A stretch of 59,518 nt of DNA, taken from Methanobacteriota archaeon. Its GTDB lineage: Archaea; Thermoplasmatota; Poseidoniia; Poseidoniales; Poseidoniaceae. The notes below the pieces were generated by a model. The model did not search any database and had not been told where the DNA came from. It was given only the letters and a program-made list of their open reading frames with translations. The stretch is from assembly GCA_018691345.1 (NCBI GenBank), contig JABGTJ010000062.1, positions 1-59,518 of the forward strand. Direction: 5' to 3'. Made by a program: the position numbers and the translations under genes. How positions within the stretch are numbered: position 1 is the first letter of the stretch; every line of letters starts with the position of its first letter. Of this stretch, positions 41,248 through 50,661 are shown piece by piece.

Positions 41248-41692
41248 TGTCGTTATCGACAAGTGCGAGTCTTTCTCGCAAGAACGAACACGCAATGACT
41301 TCGACCACATCGGTGTGCCGTGTTAAATCTGGAATCAATAAAGCGCATTCGACGGTCGATTCTCCGGACTCAAGGACCGCCATAAATGCAGTAGCGCCAC
41401 CAAACGATACACCGTCTCGCAAGAAACCACGAATGCGGTGAGATTCATGCATGCTGACATCGATGACTGAGGCAGCTTCACGGTCATCATCAGTGGCGTC
41501 GAGTGTATCGATTCCGGATTTTTTCCGCAGGGCTATGTAATTGATCAAGTCTTGGCCTTCGATGGTGAGGTTCAATGTCCCTGGCCACGCAGTACCCCCG
41601 AGAAGTTGTTTGAACTGTTCCTGGTAGTGAGGTTGAGCCATGAAAATGTGGGCTCGCCCTAATCCACTGCTCACAGTACCGGTAAGTCGCAT
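41225..41692 (-). CDS. ribK: CTP-dependent riboflavin kinase (archaeal)
   Basis: GTVSSGLGRA..F, WPGTLN, FGGA, IPDLTRH, VVEVIA..FLRE.L.L.D. Confidence 0.9.
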   Translation of the reverse strand: MRLTGTVSSGLGRAHIFMAQPHYQEQFKQLLGGTAWPGTLNLTIEGQDLINYIALRKKSGIDTLDATDDDREAASVIDVSMHESHRIRGFLRDGVSFGGATAFMAVLESGESTVECALLIPDLTRHTDVVEVIACSFLRERLALVDNDIIQVRLN

Positions 41693-41804
41693 GACACGCC
41701 CAACAGCACTTCCTTTTTGAGTGCATGGTTGCGCTCACGGATTGAGAACTTCAAGCCCGAAAGAACTTGAATGTCGAGGTCTTGCGTTGGTATGAGGAGA
41801 CCAT

Positions 41805-42986
41805 ATGCCCGGAGACATGTCTTGGATGAAAACCCGATTTGATGAATTATCAGAAAAATCACTGCTTTGGGAACCGCCCACCTTGGAAAGTCCAAACGAA
41901 CCCCGTTGTCGCATGGACGGTAAACCAACAATCATGCTTTCAGCGAACAACTACCTCAACCTAACCACTCACCCAAAAGTCAAGCAGGCAATGCTGGATG
42001 CGACGGAGAAGTACGGTGCTGGAAGTGGAAGTGTTCGTGCTATTGCGGGGACAATGGATATCCATCTTGAAGCAGAAAAGAAAGTTGCTGAATTCAAGGG
42101 TGTTGAAGCATCTCTCATTTATTCTGCAGGCTATACCGTCAACGTTGGTCTCATTCCTGCGTTGGTGACTGGGCCTCAAGATGTCATCATCAGCGATGCT
42201 TTGAACCACGGCTCGATTATCGACGGAGTACGACTCACAAAAGCAAGCCGTGGTGTCTATGCTCACAACGACATGGGCGAATTAGAAGCGGTGTTGAAGG
42301 CCCATGAAACTTCAGAACGCAAGTTGATTATCACCGATGGTGTATTTTCAATGGACGGTGATATTGCACCCCTTGATGAAGTGAATAAATTAGCGGAAGA
42401 ATACGGGGCTATGGTCTACGTGGACGATTGCCACGGTGAAGGAGTTCTAGGTGAAAAGGGTGCAGGAATTGTCGCACACTTCAACCTTCAAGGTAAGGTG
42501 GATTTTGAAACCGGTTCATTTTCAAAGGCGTTGGGAGTTCAAGGTGGAATTCTTGCCGGCACAGAAATGACACGCACACATGCACTCAACCATTCACGCT
42601 CATGGCTTCTTTCAGGTTCTCAACCGCCCGGCGTAGCAGCGGCCCAAAAAGCGGCCATTGAAGTCCTTATGGATGAGCCGCAACACCATGCGCGACTGTG
42701 GGAAAACACCGACTATTTCCGAAAGGAACTGCAATCGCTCGGATTTGACACAGGAAATTCCGTCACGCCAATCATCCCGGTGATGTGTGGAGAATCAAGC
42801 GTGGCCAAAGCAATGACAAAAGCCCTAGGTGATGAAGGTGTCATGGCAGGAGCCATCGTGTTCCCAATGGTGGCGAGAGACAAAGCCCGAATTCGAACGC
42901 AAATGTCCGCCGGTTTAACCCGAGATGATCTGGATGAAGTCCTTCGCCTGTTCGAAAAAGTGGGCCCAAAACTCGACCTTATCTGA
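41805..42986 (+). CDS. kbl: Glycine C-acetyltransferase / BioF-Kbl family
   Basis: SANNYL, GSGSVR.IAGT, SDALNHGSIIDG, TDGVFSMDG, DDCHGEG, SFSKALG, ARIRTQ. Confidence 0.88.
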   Translation: MPGDMSWMKTRFDELSEKSLLWEPPTLESPNEPRCRMDGKPTIMLSANNYLNLTTHPKVKQAMLDATEKYGAGSGSVRAIAGTMDIHLEAEKKVAEFKGVEASLIYSAGYTVNVGLIPALVTGPQDVIISDALNHGSIIDGVRLTKASRGVYAHNDMGELEAVLKAHETSERKLIITDGVFSMDGDIAPLDEVNKLAEEYGAMVYVDDCHGEGVLGEKGAGIVAHFNLQGKVDFETGSFSKALGVQGGILAGTEMTRTHALNHSRSWLLSGSQPPGVAAAQKAAIEVLMDEPQHHARLWENTDYFRKELQSLGFDTGNSVTPIIPVMCGESSVAKAMTKALGDEGVMAGAIVFPMVARDKARIRTQMSAGLTRDDLDEVLRLFEKVGPKLDLI

Positions 42987-42995
42987 GGTGATGCT

Positions 42996-43424
42996 GTGAA
43001 GAGCGAAACACTGACCAATGAACAACTCCAAGCTCTCGACGCAAGGATTCAATCGATTCCAATTGTTGAAACTCTTGGCATGGAAATTACCAAACTGGAA
43101 AAGGGCCATTGTGAAGCGACCGTTCCACGCCATAAACGCTGGGATGGGATTTACGAAACATTCCACGGTGGAATGCTCGGAACAATTGCAGATACGGTCA
43201 CCTGTTGGTCTATTTTGACAGAAATCGGAGCGGATGCACAGGTTGCTACGACGGATTTCAATATACGATTTTTGCGACCTTGCCATACGGATGTCATTTG
43301 CAAAGCACATGTGGTTCGAATTGGAAGAACGATGTGTCTCGCTCGTGCTGACCTTTACGATACGCAAGGGAAATTGGTCGCCGTTAGTCAAGTCAATTAC
43401 ATCCGATTGCAAAACAACCAGTGA
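42996..43424 (+). CDS. PaaI family thioesterase
   Basis: FHGGMLGTIADT, TTDFNIRFLRP; GAGGTG SD before GTG. Confidence 0.9.
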   Translation: MKSETLTNEQLQALDARIQSIPIVETLGMEITKLEKGHCEATVPRHKRWDGIYETFHGGMLGTIADTVTCWSILTEIGADAQVATTDFNIRFLRPCHTDVICKAHVVRIGRTMCLARADLYDTQGKLVAVSQVNYIRLQNNQ

Positions 43425-43434
43425 GACAGTGATT

Positions 43435-44046
43435 TCATTCTTCTTCGAGTGCATCAACGACGGAAAGAAGTTCTTCGTCGCCATCGGCAATTTCTTCGGC
43501 ATCGTTCAATTGTTCGTGGTATTCGTGTTCGAGACCTTCAAACGGATTTTTGTTGTCTTCAAGTTGGCACAAAAGGCGCCAACGTGGAGCCCAAGAAAGA
43601 TGAACATACATCGGACCTGGAAGGAGTAAAAGAAGCCAAATGAGACTTTGTGGTAGTTCCAACATCCCAGTAAGAGAAATGGTGAGCAGCCCAAATCCAA
43701 CAAATGGCATCGGGTAGAGAATATACCGAGGGGGCGTAACAGGGAAACGCTTCGTAACTCGAACAATGATGAGAGAAAGCAGGCCGAGTAGTAAGCATGC
43801 AACCATAATCAACGAAGAATGGAAAATCCAATTGGTGAGCCAACTGTCTGAAGCCTGTGCAAATCGGTAAGGTAAAATCAATGCCAATGAAACTAACAGT
43901 CCGTAAAAGGCAGAAATATTCGAGGGATGAGAGAGCCATAATGGCAAGAGTGTGAAGCGACGAGAGAGGGAGGTGCCCAGCAGAGTTTCACGCTCTTTTG
44001 AGCCCAAAGCGTCGAGACGCCCTTGCCAACGTGCCGATGTTTCCAC
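43435..44046 (-). CDS. Hypothetical membrane protein (4 TM helices, acidic tail)
   Basis: 203-aa ORF with four hydrophobic segments. Confidence 0.7.
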   Translation of the reverse strand: METSARWQGRLDALGSKERETLLGTSLSRRFTLLPLWLSHPSNISAFYGLLVSLALILPYRFAQASDSWLTNWIFHSSLIMVACLLLGLLSLIIVRVTKRFPVTPPRYILYPMPFVGFGLLTISLTGMLELPQSLIWLLLLLPGPMYVHLSWAPRWRLLCQLEDNKNPFEGLEHEYHEQLNDAEEIADGDEELLSVVDALEEE

Positions 44047-44106
44047 ATGTGTCCGAAGGAGTGCAGGTTTTCAATGTGAAGGCCGGTAAATCAACAAAAT
44101 GTGCAT

Positions 44107-44760
44107 TTAGTCTCTTCTCAATTTGCTAAAAATGCCTTCGGGTTCGATTTCAAGATTTTCATCGACTTCCAACCATGAACGCTCAAGTAATCCATAATCA
44201 ATGGTTTCGCGCTCACGGGCATCTTCAATGGTATCTTCATCACCGTTGATCGCATCACGCAACGCTATGGCTTGGTTGATGAGAATAACATATCGCTTTA
44301 GCCAAGAGTCGGATTGTTTGCGATGGCTGAAATGCCCAACTACGGTATAGTCATCGTCATCACGAATGAGCAACGTACCCCCCATTAACTCATCCGCCGT
44401 CAAACGCACTCTGCCTTTACCAACATCTGCCCAGGTTCCATCAGAAAATTGCACCATTACCGTGGCATTTCCTAGTTCAGCGTCGCTCATGAAGGGATGA
44501 TTCATATTCACTGCTAGAGGAAAATTCAGCATCGGTGCTCGACTGTAAAGGTAGATTCCACCTCCGATTGAAAGAGAGATTATGACCAGGTACAAGAGGA
44601 ACGAATACTCGATGACGGGGAGCAAGAGTCGGAACAAAACTATGACGGCTATTTCGTAAACCAAGAGATAGCCAATAAACCGTAACATGAAAGGTTGAGC
44701 GATTGGAAGAACATTGAAGCGCCGCATCTCTACAGACAATTCGGCCTGACGCTCGCTCAT
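44107..44760 (-). CDS. Hypothetical membrane protein (2 TM helices plus a soluble domain)
   Basis: 217-aa ORF divergent from the DUF835 gene. Confidence 0.7.
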   Translation of the reverse strand: MSERQAELSVEMRRFNVLPIAQPFMLRFIGYLLVYEIAVIVLFRLLLPVIEYSFLLYLVIISLSIGGGIYLYSRAPMLNFPLAVNMNHPFMSDAELGNATVMVQFSDGTWADVGKGRVRLTADELMGGTLLIRDDDDYTVVGHFSHRKQSDSWLKRYVILINQAIALRDAINGDEDTIEDARERETIDYGLLERSWLEVDENLEIEPEGIFSKLRRD

Positions 44761-44931
44761 AGTCGACCATTGGCGTGAACTCCTTCAACTTCACGGTAAT
44801 TCGTTCAAAGAAGCCTGAGAACTTCGTTTCTGGCTCCATCGTCGAGGCGGTGAAATCCCATTCGATGAATGAAACGAGCCGGACCTTTCAAGAAGTGTCT
44901 CGTAAGCATCACCCCGAAGGGGTGAGTGAAT

Positions 44932-46905
44932 ATGGTGGAATTACCGCAAGGAGATGTTACGGAAGTCCGCCGAGGTGGACCGGATTCATTGCCACTTCTT
45001 TCCTCTGATATCGCCAGATTGTCGACTACTGGATACCTGCGTATTGAACGCCGGCCCAAGGAACAAATGCCTCGTGTAGGACACATTGTTTTCAAAGACG
45101 GAATACCCCTGATGGCCTTGCATGAAGCCACCTCGATCAGCATGGCGCTCGAAGCCTTACTCGACATCGAAAGCGATTGTGCGCTCCTCGATTCACTCCT
45201 CGCCGTTCATGAGTTGCCGTTGTCCGATGTGGACCGTATTCTCAATCTGTACCCTGAAGCTCAATTCCATGCTGAGGAAAAGCAGACTTCAGATACTGAA
45301 GAGCACCAATGGTGGTCCAAAGCAAGGTACCGATCAAGCAGTTGGCGCCGTGATGATCGCCTCCCCGAAATGGAAACCGTTGTTGAAGCGCCTGAGGCTT
45401 TGCGTCAGCGAAGCCGTGCAATGATGCAACGTTTTGATGGATTGGAAAAAATGCTGCGTCCCGGTGATGCGTACTTCTTCGACTCGCCAGACCCTTCACC
45501 ACTGTTCGACCTAGCGGGTCAATTGGCCGTCCACGGCCGTCCGTTGCTGGTTCTGGCCCGACACGACATAGAATCACTCAACGTTGAACACAACATCCCG
45601 ATTGCGTCAAGCAGTTGGCTCTCACAGAACAGCAGCAGCAAATCTACGGAACCGAGTCTAGAAAACATCCGACGGAAAATAGACTCGTTCCTATGGGAGA
45701 ACCTTCGCGCAGTGGTTGTCCTTGAGGGAATCGAATACCTCTCAAGTTTACACGGTGATGACAGGATTGTAAATTTCCTACGAGACATCGTTGATGGAGT
45801 TCGCTTAGAAGACCACCTGTTCCTTGCGACTGCTGACTTCAATGCATTTCCAATAACTACACGCCAGCACCTTTCACGCTACATGACCGACCTTGAGCAA
45901 TCGGTTTTGGAGCATTGGAACCTCGAGCCGGACCTTCTTCTGGACCACCCATTGTGCGCCCCGGCCAGTGAAGAAGAACGACAGTGGATTGAACAACAAC
46001 TTCAACAAGCGATTTCTTCATCCAACGGCGGCCCCATCGCACCCCAATCCAGTGTTTATGGCACGATGGAAGGTGGATTCGATGCACCTGAATCAGAAGA
46101 AGTTCTGGCCGCCACAGAATCTCTGAATTCCGTTGTCGAAGAATGGAGCATTGAGGGCGAATCAGAACTGCACGCTGTGGCGGAGACTGCTGAATCTGTT
46201 GCAAAACAACCACAACCGATGAGCATTGAGCGGAAACCTCAGTCCACAAACACTCCAATTCCAACAGCCATGTCGAATGTGGCCGAAACGGTTTCTCCAA
46301 CGCATCAAGTTGCGGATTCAAGTGCTCTGGATACGACTGTAAAGCGGACAACTCCCGTACAACCAACCGGTCCACGAAAGGCACAGAAAATACGAAGAAA
46401 GAAAAAAAGAGCGGTGCCACGACCTCACAACAAGAAGCAGCGCGCCTTGTTCGCAGCGGTTAGGAATGCGCCTCAGGCAAAGGAACTCATTGAAGTCGAC
46501 AATGGCCGTATTCAACCTCCTCAAGCAATCTCATCGAGTCTTGAGAACTATACCCATCGCCAAGAGAGGGCTGTTGAAAAGATGGCTTCGATTCCGAAAT
46601 TGCACTCGTCTGTGCTGGATGCAACACGGCAACATGTCAACACTCGAGAGCATAGGCTCCCAAAGACACCCTTGCCCAATCGACCACTCGCTGCAGTAAA
46701 AGGCAGGAAGCCGGTCAACACTGAAACATCCCTCACTCCACACATGGCCCGACCCGGTGCGATGGAACAGAACCAACACGAAAAACCAAGCCGTGAAGGG
46801 GCGTTTCGCCGACAATCTAAACCTTCACTGGAAGACAAACTCAGCGTGTGGGAACTTGAAGACAGAGAACGGCTTCGCAAAGAAACGGAGGCGAAGGGCG
46901 AATGA
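44932..46905 (+). CDS. DUF835-domain protein with a DUF2226/PATAN-like N-terminal domain and a long disordered basic tail
   Basis: GDAYFF, LLVLAR, WLS, VVVLEGIEYL..LHG...IVNFLRDI (DUF835 pattern); N-terminal TGYLRI...GHIVFKDG. Confidence 0.78.
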   Translation: MVELPQGDVTEVRRGGPDSLPLLSSDIARLSTTGYLRIERRPKEQMPRVGHIVFKDGIPLMALHEATSISMALEALLDIESDCALLDSLLAVHELPLSDVDRILNLYPEAQFHAEEKQTSDTEEHQWWSKARYRSSSWRRDDRLPEMETVVEAPEALRQRSRAMMQRFDGLEKMLRPGDAYFFDSPDPSPLFDLAGQLAVHGRPLLVLARHDIESLNVEHNIPIASSSWLSQNSSSKSTEPSLENIRRKIDSFLWENLRAVVVLEGIEYLSSLHGDDRIVNFLRDIVDGVRLEDHLFLATADFNAFPITTRQHLSRYMTDLEQSVLEHWNLEPDLLLDHPLCAPASEEERQWIEQQLQQAISSSNGGPIAPQSSVYGTMEGGFDAPESEEVLAATESLNSVVEEWSIEGESELHAVAETAESVAKQPQPMSIERKPQSTNTPIPTAMSNVAETVSPTHQVADSSALDTTVKRTTPVQPTGPRKAQKIRRKKKRAVPRPHNKKQRALFAAVRNAPQAKELIEVDNGRIQPPQAISSSLENYTHRQERAVEKMASIPKLHSSVLDATRQHVNTREHRLPKTPLPNRPLAAVKGRKPVNTETSLTPHMARPGAMEQNQHEKPSREGAFRRQSKPSLEDKLSVWELEDRERLRKETEAKGE

Positions 46906-48935
46906 ATCCACGACGTGAGAAACTTGCTCTTGCACTTGAGCTCGCTCGACAAAAACTGGACCAAACGGGGTCAGGAATCGAACGAGTAGCGCCCAAAGAA
47001 CGTCAAAGTTCTGAAAAATCGAATTCCAAATTGAATCGATTGCTAGGCCGGAATGATGTCGTTGATCGACGCAAAGGAACACTGCTGCAACGAACAGGAA
47101 GTGTCGAGCGTCCAACGTTTGAATTGGTGGCGGACGGCGTATTAGGTAAGCAAACTGAGCGAAGAAAACCTGCCATTGAATTTCAATCAACTGGGGACTC
47201 ACTCTCGGACATAGCCGCACGCCGTATTCGTTCATTACGTCAACGAACGTTCGATTCAATCGAACAACAAGAAGAGCCCAAAGAAGACGGTTACCTCGGG
47301 ATGGAACACGATGGCAGCCCGGTGTGGATGTCGGTTCTTGATGGACACCGTGGCCGAACAACCCAAATTCTTGCTGATGAGTTGGCTCCTCACGATGAAA
47401 CTTCACCGTTTCACCACAGCGTGATCACACCGACTGAAGGCGTATGGCCATCGCGTTTGCGTCCTGAGATTCGTAAGAGTTTCAAACAGTGGTTTAGCAT
47501 TCCTGAAAACACGCGTGCTACACAGGCGGCAGAGGCAGTCGTCGATTCACCTGGGGGCCAACTCAACCCACTCCTTTTCATTGGCGCATCACAATCAGGA
47601 CGAACCCACCTGCTTCATGCGACTGCTCAAGCAGTTCTGCGCCGTCAAGAAGGAAATGTATACTTACTCACGGGGGCAGAATTAGCAGGCTTGGAACGCT
47701 TGCCTGAAGGTTGGCAAGATACGCTGGTGAACGCGAGAATGCTTGCAATTGACGACATTGACGCACACGTCAATCATCCCGAACTCGCACACGAACTCGG
47801 CATGATGGTTGACTATGCACTCAACCTTGGCGTGCATGTACTTCTCACTTCGAAGAGCACACCTGATGATTGGCCTACATCTCGCCTATGGGAACTCACC
47901 CGTCATGCAGCTTCAGTGCAACTTGAAACCCCACAATCGACAAGCATGGTACTCTATGCTCGACATCTCTCTTACAAGAAAGGCCTCATGATGAACGACA
48001 GCCAATTGGCAAGCCTCGTATTGAAGGATACCATTGGATGGAATTCGACGAAAGCCAATTTTGACCTGGTCGCACTCGCACTGCAATCCGGTGACGAGGT
48101 ACTGGATGGAGAAGATGTAACTGCCCTGCTATCGAATCAACTTGACCGGAAATCGGCAGAGCCTCTACAGGAGCAAGAAAAGGTGGAGGACATCGCCATG
48201 CGCCTCCTCAATTCTGCTGTTGACACTGTATACAGCGACGAAGTTCACGGAGGTATTGACCTCTATTCAGAATTGCCTGAAATCGGAGTGGACGAGTACA
48301 TCCCTCCTGAATTAGACGCCCGAGAGCTCGCTGCATCAGGTGACAAACGCCACGCTGAATACCTCAAAATTGCATTGGAAGATACTGCACCTGCTGCGCC
48401 ATCGGTGTTGAATATCCATGAAAGGGAGCAACATCTGGTTGCCCGTCAGGGTCGAATTGAAGACCGTGACATCGGACTGGCTGCAGATGTCTTAACCGAC
48501 TTAGATGAGGCATTCGATAGCAAAATCAACTCGTTTGAGCGAGAATTGATTGAGAGTTCAAAACAACTTGGAAATCTTGAATCAAAACTGCATGACCTCT
48601 CCGAACGCACTTCGGAAGCAACCATTGAGGAATTGATTTCCATTGCAGATGAGTTGCGCAGAATGGAAAGTAACCTAACTGAATTTGATCCAGACCGTGA
48701 GCCGTGGCCGGAAATGGAGGAAGACACCGTTCAAAAAGAACGACGGGAGGTTGGTCGACGAGCATCAAAGAAAACCGAAGACCCTCTCGACAGCCATGAA
48801 CCCGCAGGGGAATGGAATGTCGACTCAGGCAGCGTTGACATGATGGATTTGCTCGAAGGTTCAGATGAACCTCGCAAAATCCGGCTCGGTCGAATACATC
48901 CCGTTCAAAACATGCTGATAGGTGAAGAAGAATGA
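46902..48935 (+). CDS. DnaA/Hda-like AAA+ domain protein with degenerate catalytic motifs and an acidic coiled-coil C-terminus
   Basis: SFKQW...ENTRA..AAEAV...PG..LNPLLFIGASQSGRTHLLHA, MLAIDDID, VLLTSK.TP are collinear with DnaA domain III; no domain IV. Confidence 0.82.
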   Translation: MNPRREKLALALELARQKLDQTGSGIERVAPKERQSSEKSNSKLNRLLGRNDVVDRRKGTLLQRTGSVERPTFELVADGVLGKQTERRKPAIEFQSTGDSLSDIAARRIRSLRQRTFDSIEQQEEPKEDGYLGMEHDGSPVWMSVLDGHRGRTTQILADELAPHDETSPFHHSVITPTEGVWPSRLRPEIRKSFKQWFSIPENTRATQAAEAVVDSPGGQLNPLLFIGASQSGRTHLLHATAQAVLRRQEGNVYLLTGAELAGLERLPEGWQDTLVNARMLAIDDIDAHVNHPELAHELGMMVDYALNLGVHVLLTSKSTPDDWPTSRLWELTRHAASVQLETPQSTSMVLYARHLSYKKGLMMNDSQLASLVLKDTIGWNSTKANFDLVALALQSGDEVLDGEDVTALLSNQLDRKSAEPLQEQEKVEDIAMRLLNSAVDTVYSDEVHGGIDLYSELPEIGVDEYIPPELDARELAASGDKRHAEYLKIALEDTAPAAPSVLNIHEREQHLVARQGRIEDRDIGLAADVLTDLDEAFDSKINSFERELIESSKQLGNLESKLHDLSERTSEATIEELISIADELRRMESNLTEFDPDREPWPEMEEDTVQKERREVGRRASKKTEDPLDSHEPAGEWNVDSGSVDMMDLLEGSDEPRKIRLGRIHPVQNMLIGEEE

Positions 48936-49399
48936 GACCGCCATGGTGGATGGAAGGCGTTGCCTTTTCATGTCAAGCGAATTGTGGTAAATGCTGTGAC
49001 GAGCCTGGTGGGATTGTTTACCTGTCCATCACGGATGCAGAACGAATCTCTAAGCACCACCAAATGGAAGTTGAGGATTGGTTAGAAAGAGACTGCCGGC
49101 AAACTTTAGACGGCCGATATGTTCTGAAAAGTCGACAAGTGGACGATGTATGCATCTATCTGGATGACAACAAGCAATGCACCATCTATACCGTCCGTCC
49201 ACAGCAATGTGCGGCGTTCCCATGGTGGGGTGAAAATCTCGCAACTGACCGGGCTTGGAGAGAAGTCAAAGAAACGTGTCCCGGTCTTACTGCTGACGAT
49301 GCGCTTGTCATCGATGGAGAGGCAATCCGCATCCATGTCTTCGCAGACAGGGAATCGACAAAGGGTTTCCGTTCTTGGCCGCCTTGGAACAGGAAGTAG
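48932..49399 (+). CDS. YkgJ/FliB family cysteine-cluster protein
   Basis: FSCQANCGKCC, CIYLD..QCTIY.VRPQQC.AFPWW, CPG. Confidence 0.9.
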   Translation: MRPPWWMEGVAFSCQANCGKCCDEPGGIVYLSITDAERISKHHQMEVEDWLERDCRQTLDGRYVLKSRQVDDVCIYLDDNKQCTIYTVRPQQCAAFPWWGENLATDRAWREVKETCPGLTADDALVIDGEAIRIHVFADRESTKGFRSWPPWNRK

Positions 49400-49473
49400 G
49401 GTTCGAAGGTACTCAACGGGTCGATTACGGTTGAATGTGAAGCAGCCGGCTTTATACGAAAGAGGTATGTGGA

Positions 49474-50658
49474 ATGTTCCGAGGGGAGCATTTGGCAGAC
49501 AAGAAGGTACTTTTGGAAGTGACTGAGAACCACCTCAACACTGGCCTAAGAGGCGTTCCAGTCGGCACTTGCCGCACCTCATACGTCACGCCGACTGAAG
49601 GCGTTCACTACTGCGGATATCCGATTTCCGAGTTGGCTCAATTTGACCCCGAGGACATCGTCTACCTCCTGTTCCACAAGGAATTGCCGACCGATGAACA
49701 ATCTGCTGCTTTCCGTCAAGACCTTGCGAACCGTGCTGAGATTCCTGGCGATTTGGAATCTGTACTCAAAACCCTACCAAAATTCGGCCATCCAATGGAC
49801 TGGCTCAGCATTGGCATTCACACCTTGGGCATGTTCGAAACGACTGAAGATTGGAAGGAAGATGCACTGAACCTCGTTGCACGCATGCCTCGTTTGATGG
49901 GCCTCATATTCAGAATCCGTGAAGGACGAGAAAACGACATTCCTGCAGATGATTCGACGATGAACCTCGTCGACCGGTTTGTTCATGCTCTGGAATTTGA
50001 AGGCGTGGACAAAGAGAAAATGAAGCGTGTAATTTCCACCTATCTCGTCCTCCACATGGACCATGGTGGGGGTAACCTCTCTACATTTTCAGGTAAAGCA
50101 ATCGCATCAGGAAAGGCTACCGTTTACTCTTCGATGGCCGGTGCAATGAATGCACTTTCAGGCCCTCTGCACGGCCGAGCCAATCAATCCTGCCTTGAAT
50201 TCGTGTTGAAGGTTGGAACCAGCAACCCAGCTGAAGTTGAAGCATTCGTACGAGCAGAACTCGAAGCAAATCGCCCAATCTTTGGTTTTGGTCATGCAGT
50301 CCTCCGTGCAGAAGATCCTCGTGCTACAGCACAATTCAAACTTGGCGCTGAAATTTGCCCCGACGATGAGAACTTCAAAATCGTTACAACACTGAGGGAA
50401 GTTGCGCCACGAGTTCTTGCCGAGAATCCAAAAATCAGCAACCCAAACGCAAACGTCGACATCGCAAGTGGCGCTTTATTGCACCACATTGGATTCACCG
50501 ACCCAACCTATTACACCACCTTCTTTGGATGGGCGCGTGTGGCAGGAATTGGTGCACAAATCGTTGATGAGCGTGCTGTTTTGCGAAACGGAAAGGGCAC
50601 ACCAATTTACCGACCAAAGTACATCGCAGAGGCACAAAGTCTTCGCCACATCGAGTGA
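49474..50658 (+). CDS. gltA: Citrate synthase
   Basis: GLRGV, GHPM, HMDHGGGN, GPLHGRANQ, GFGHAVLR..DPR, NVD; the true start may be TTG 49492. Confidence 0.93.
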   Translation: MFRGEHLADKKVLLEVTENHLNTGLRGVPVGTCRTSYVTPTEGVHYCGYPISELAQFDPEDIVYLLFHKELPTDEQSAAFRQDLANRAEIPGDLESVLKTLPKFGHPMDWLSIGIHTLGMFETTEDWKEDALNLVARMPRLMGLIFRIREGRENDIPADDSTMNLVDRFVHALEFEGVDKEKMKRVISTYLVLHMDHGGGNLSTFSGKAIASGKATVYSSMAGAMNALSGPLHGRANQSCLEFVLKVGTSNPAEVEAFVRAELEANRPIFGFGHAVLRAEDPRATAQFKLGAEICPDDENFKIVTTLREVAPRVLAENPKISNPNANVDIASGALLHHIGFTDPTYYTTFFGWARVAGIGAQIVDERAVLRNGKGTPIYRPKYIAEAQSLRHIE

Positions 50659-50661
50659 AAA

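Noticed and set aside
46902-48935. True dnaA initiator or bacterial contamination
   Set aside because: Domain IV is absent, catalytic residues are degenerate, no dnaN or DnaA-box cluster is nearby, and the gene is overlap-coupled to an archaeal DUF835 gene
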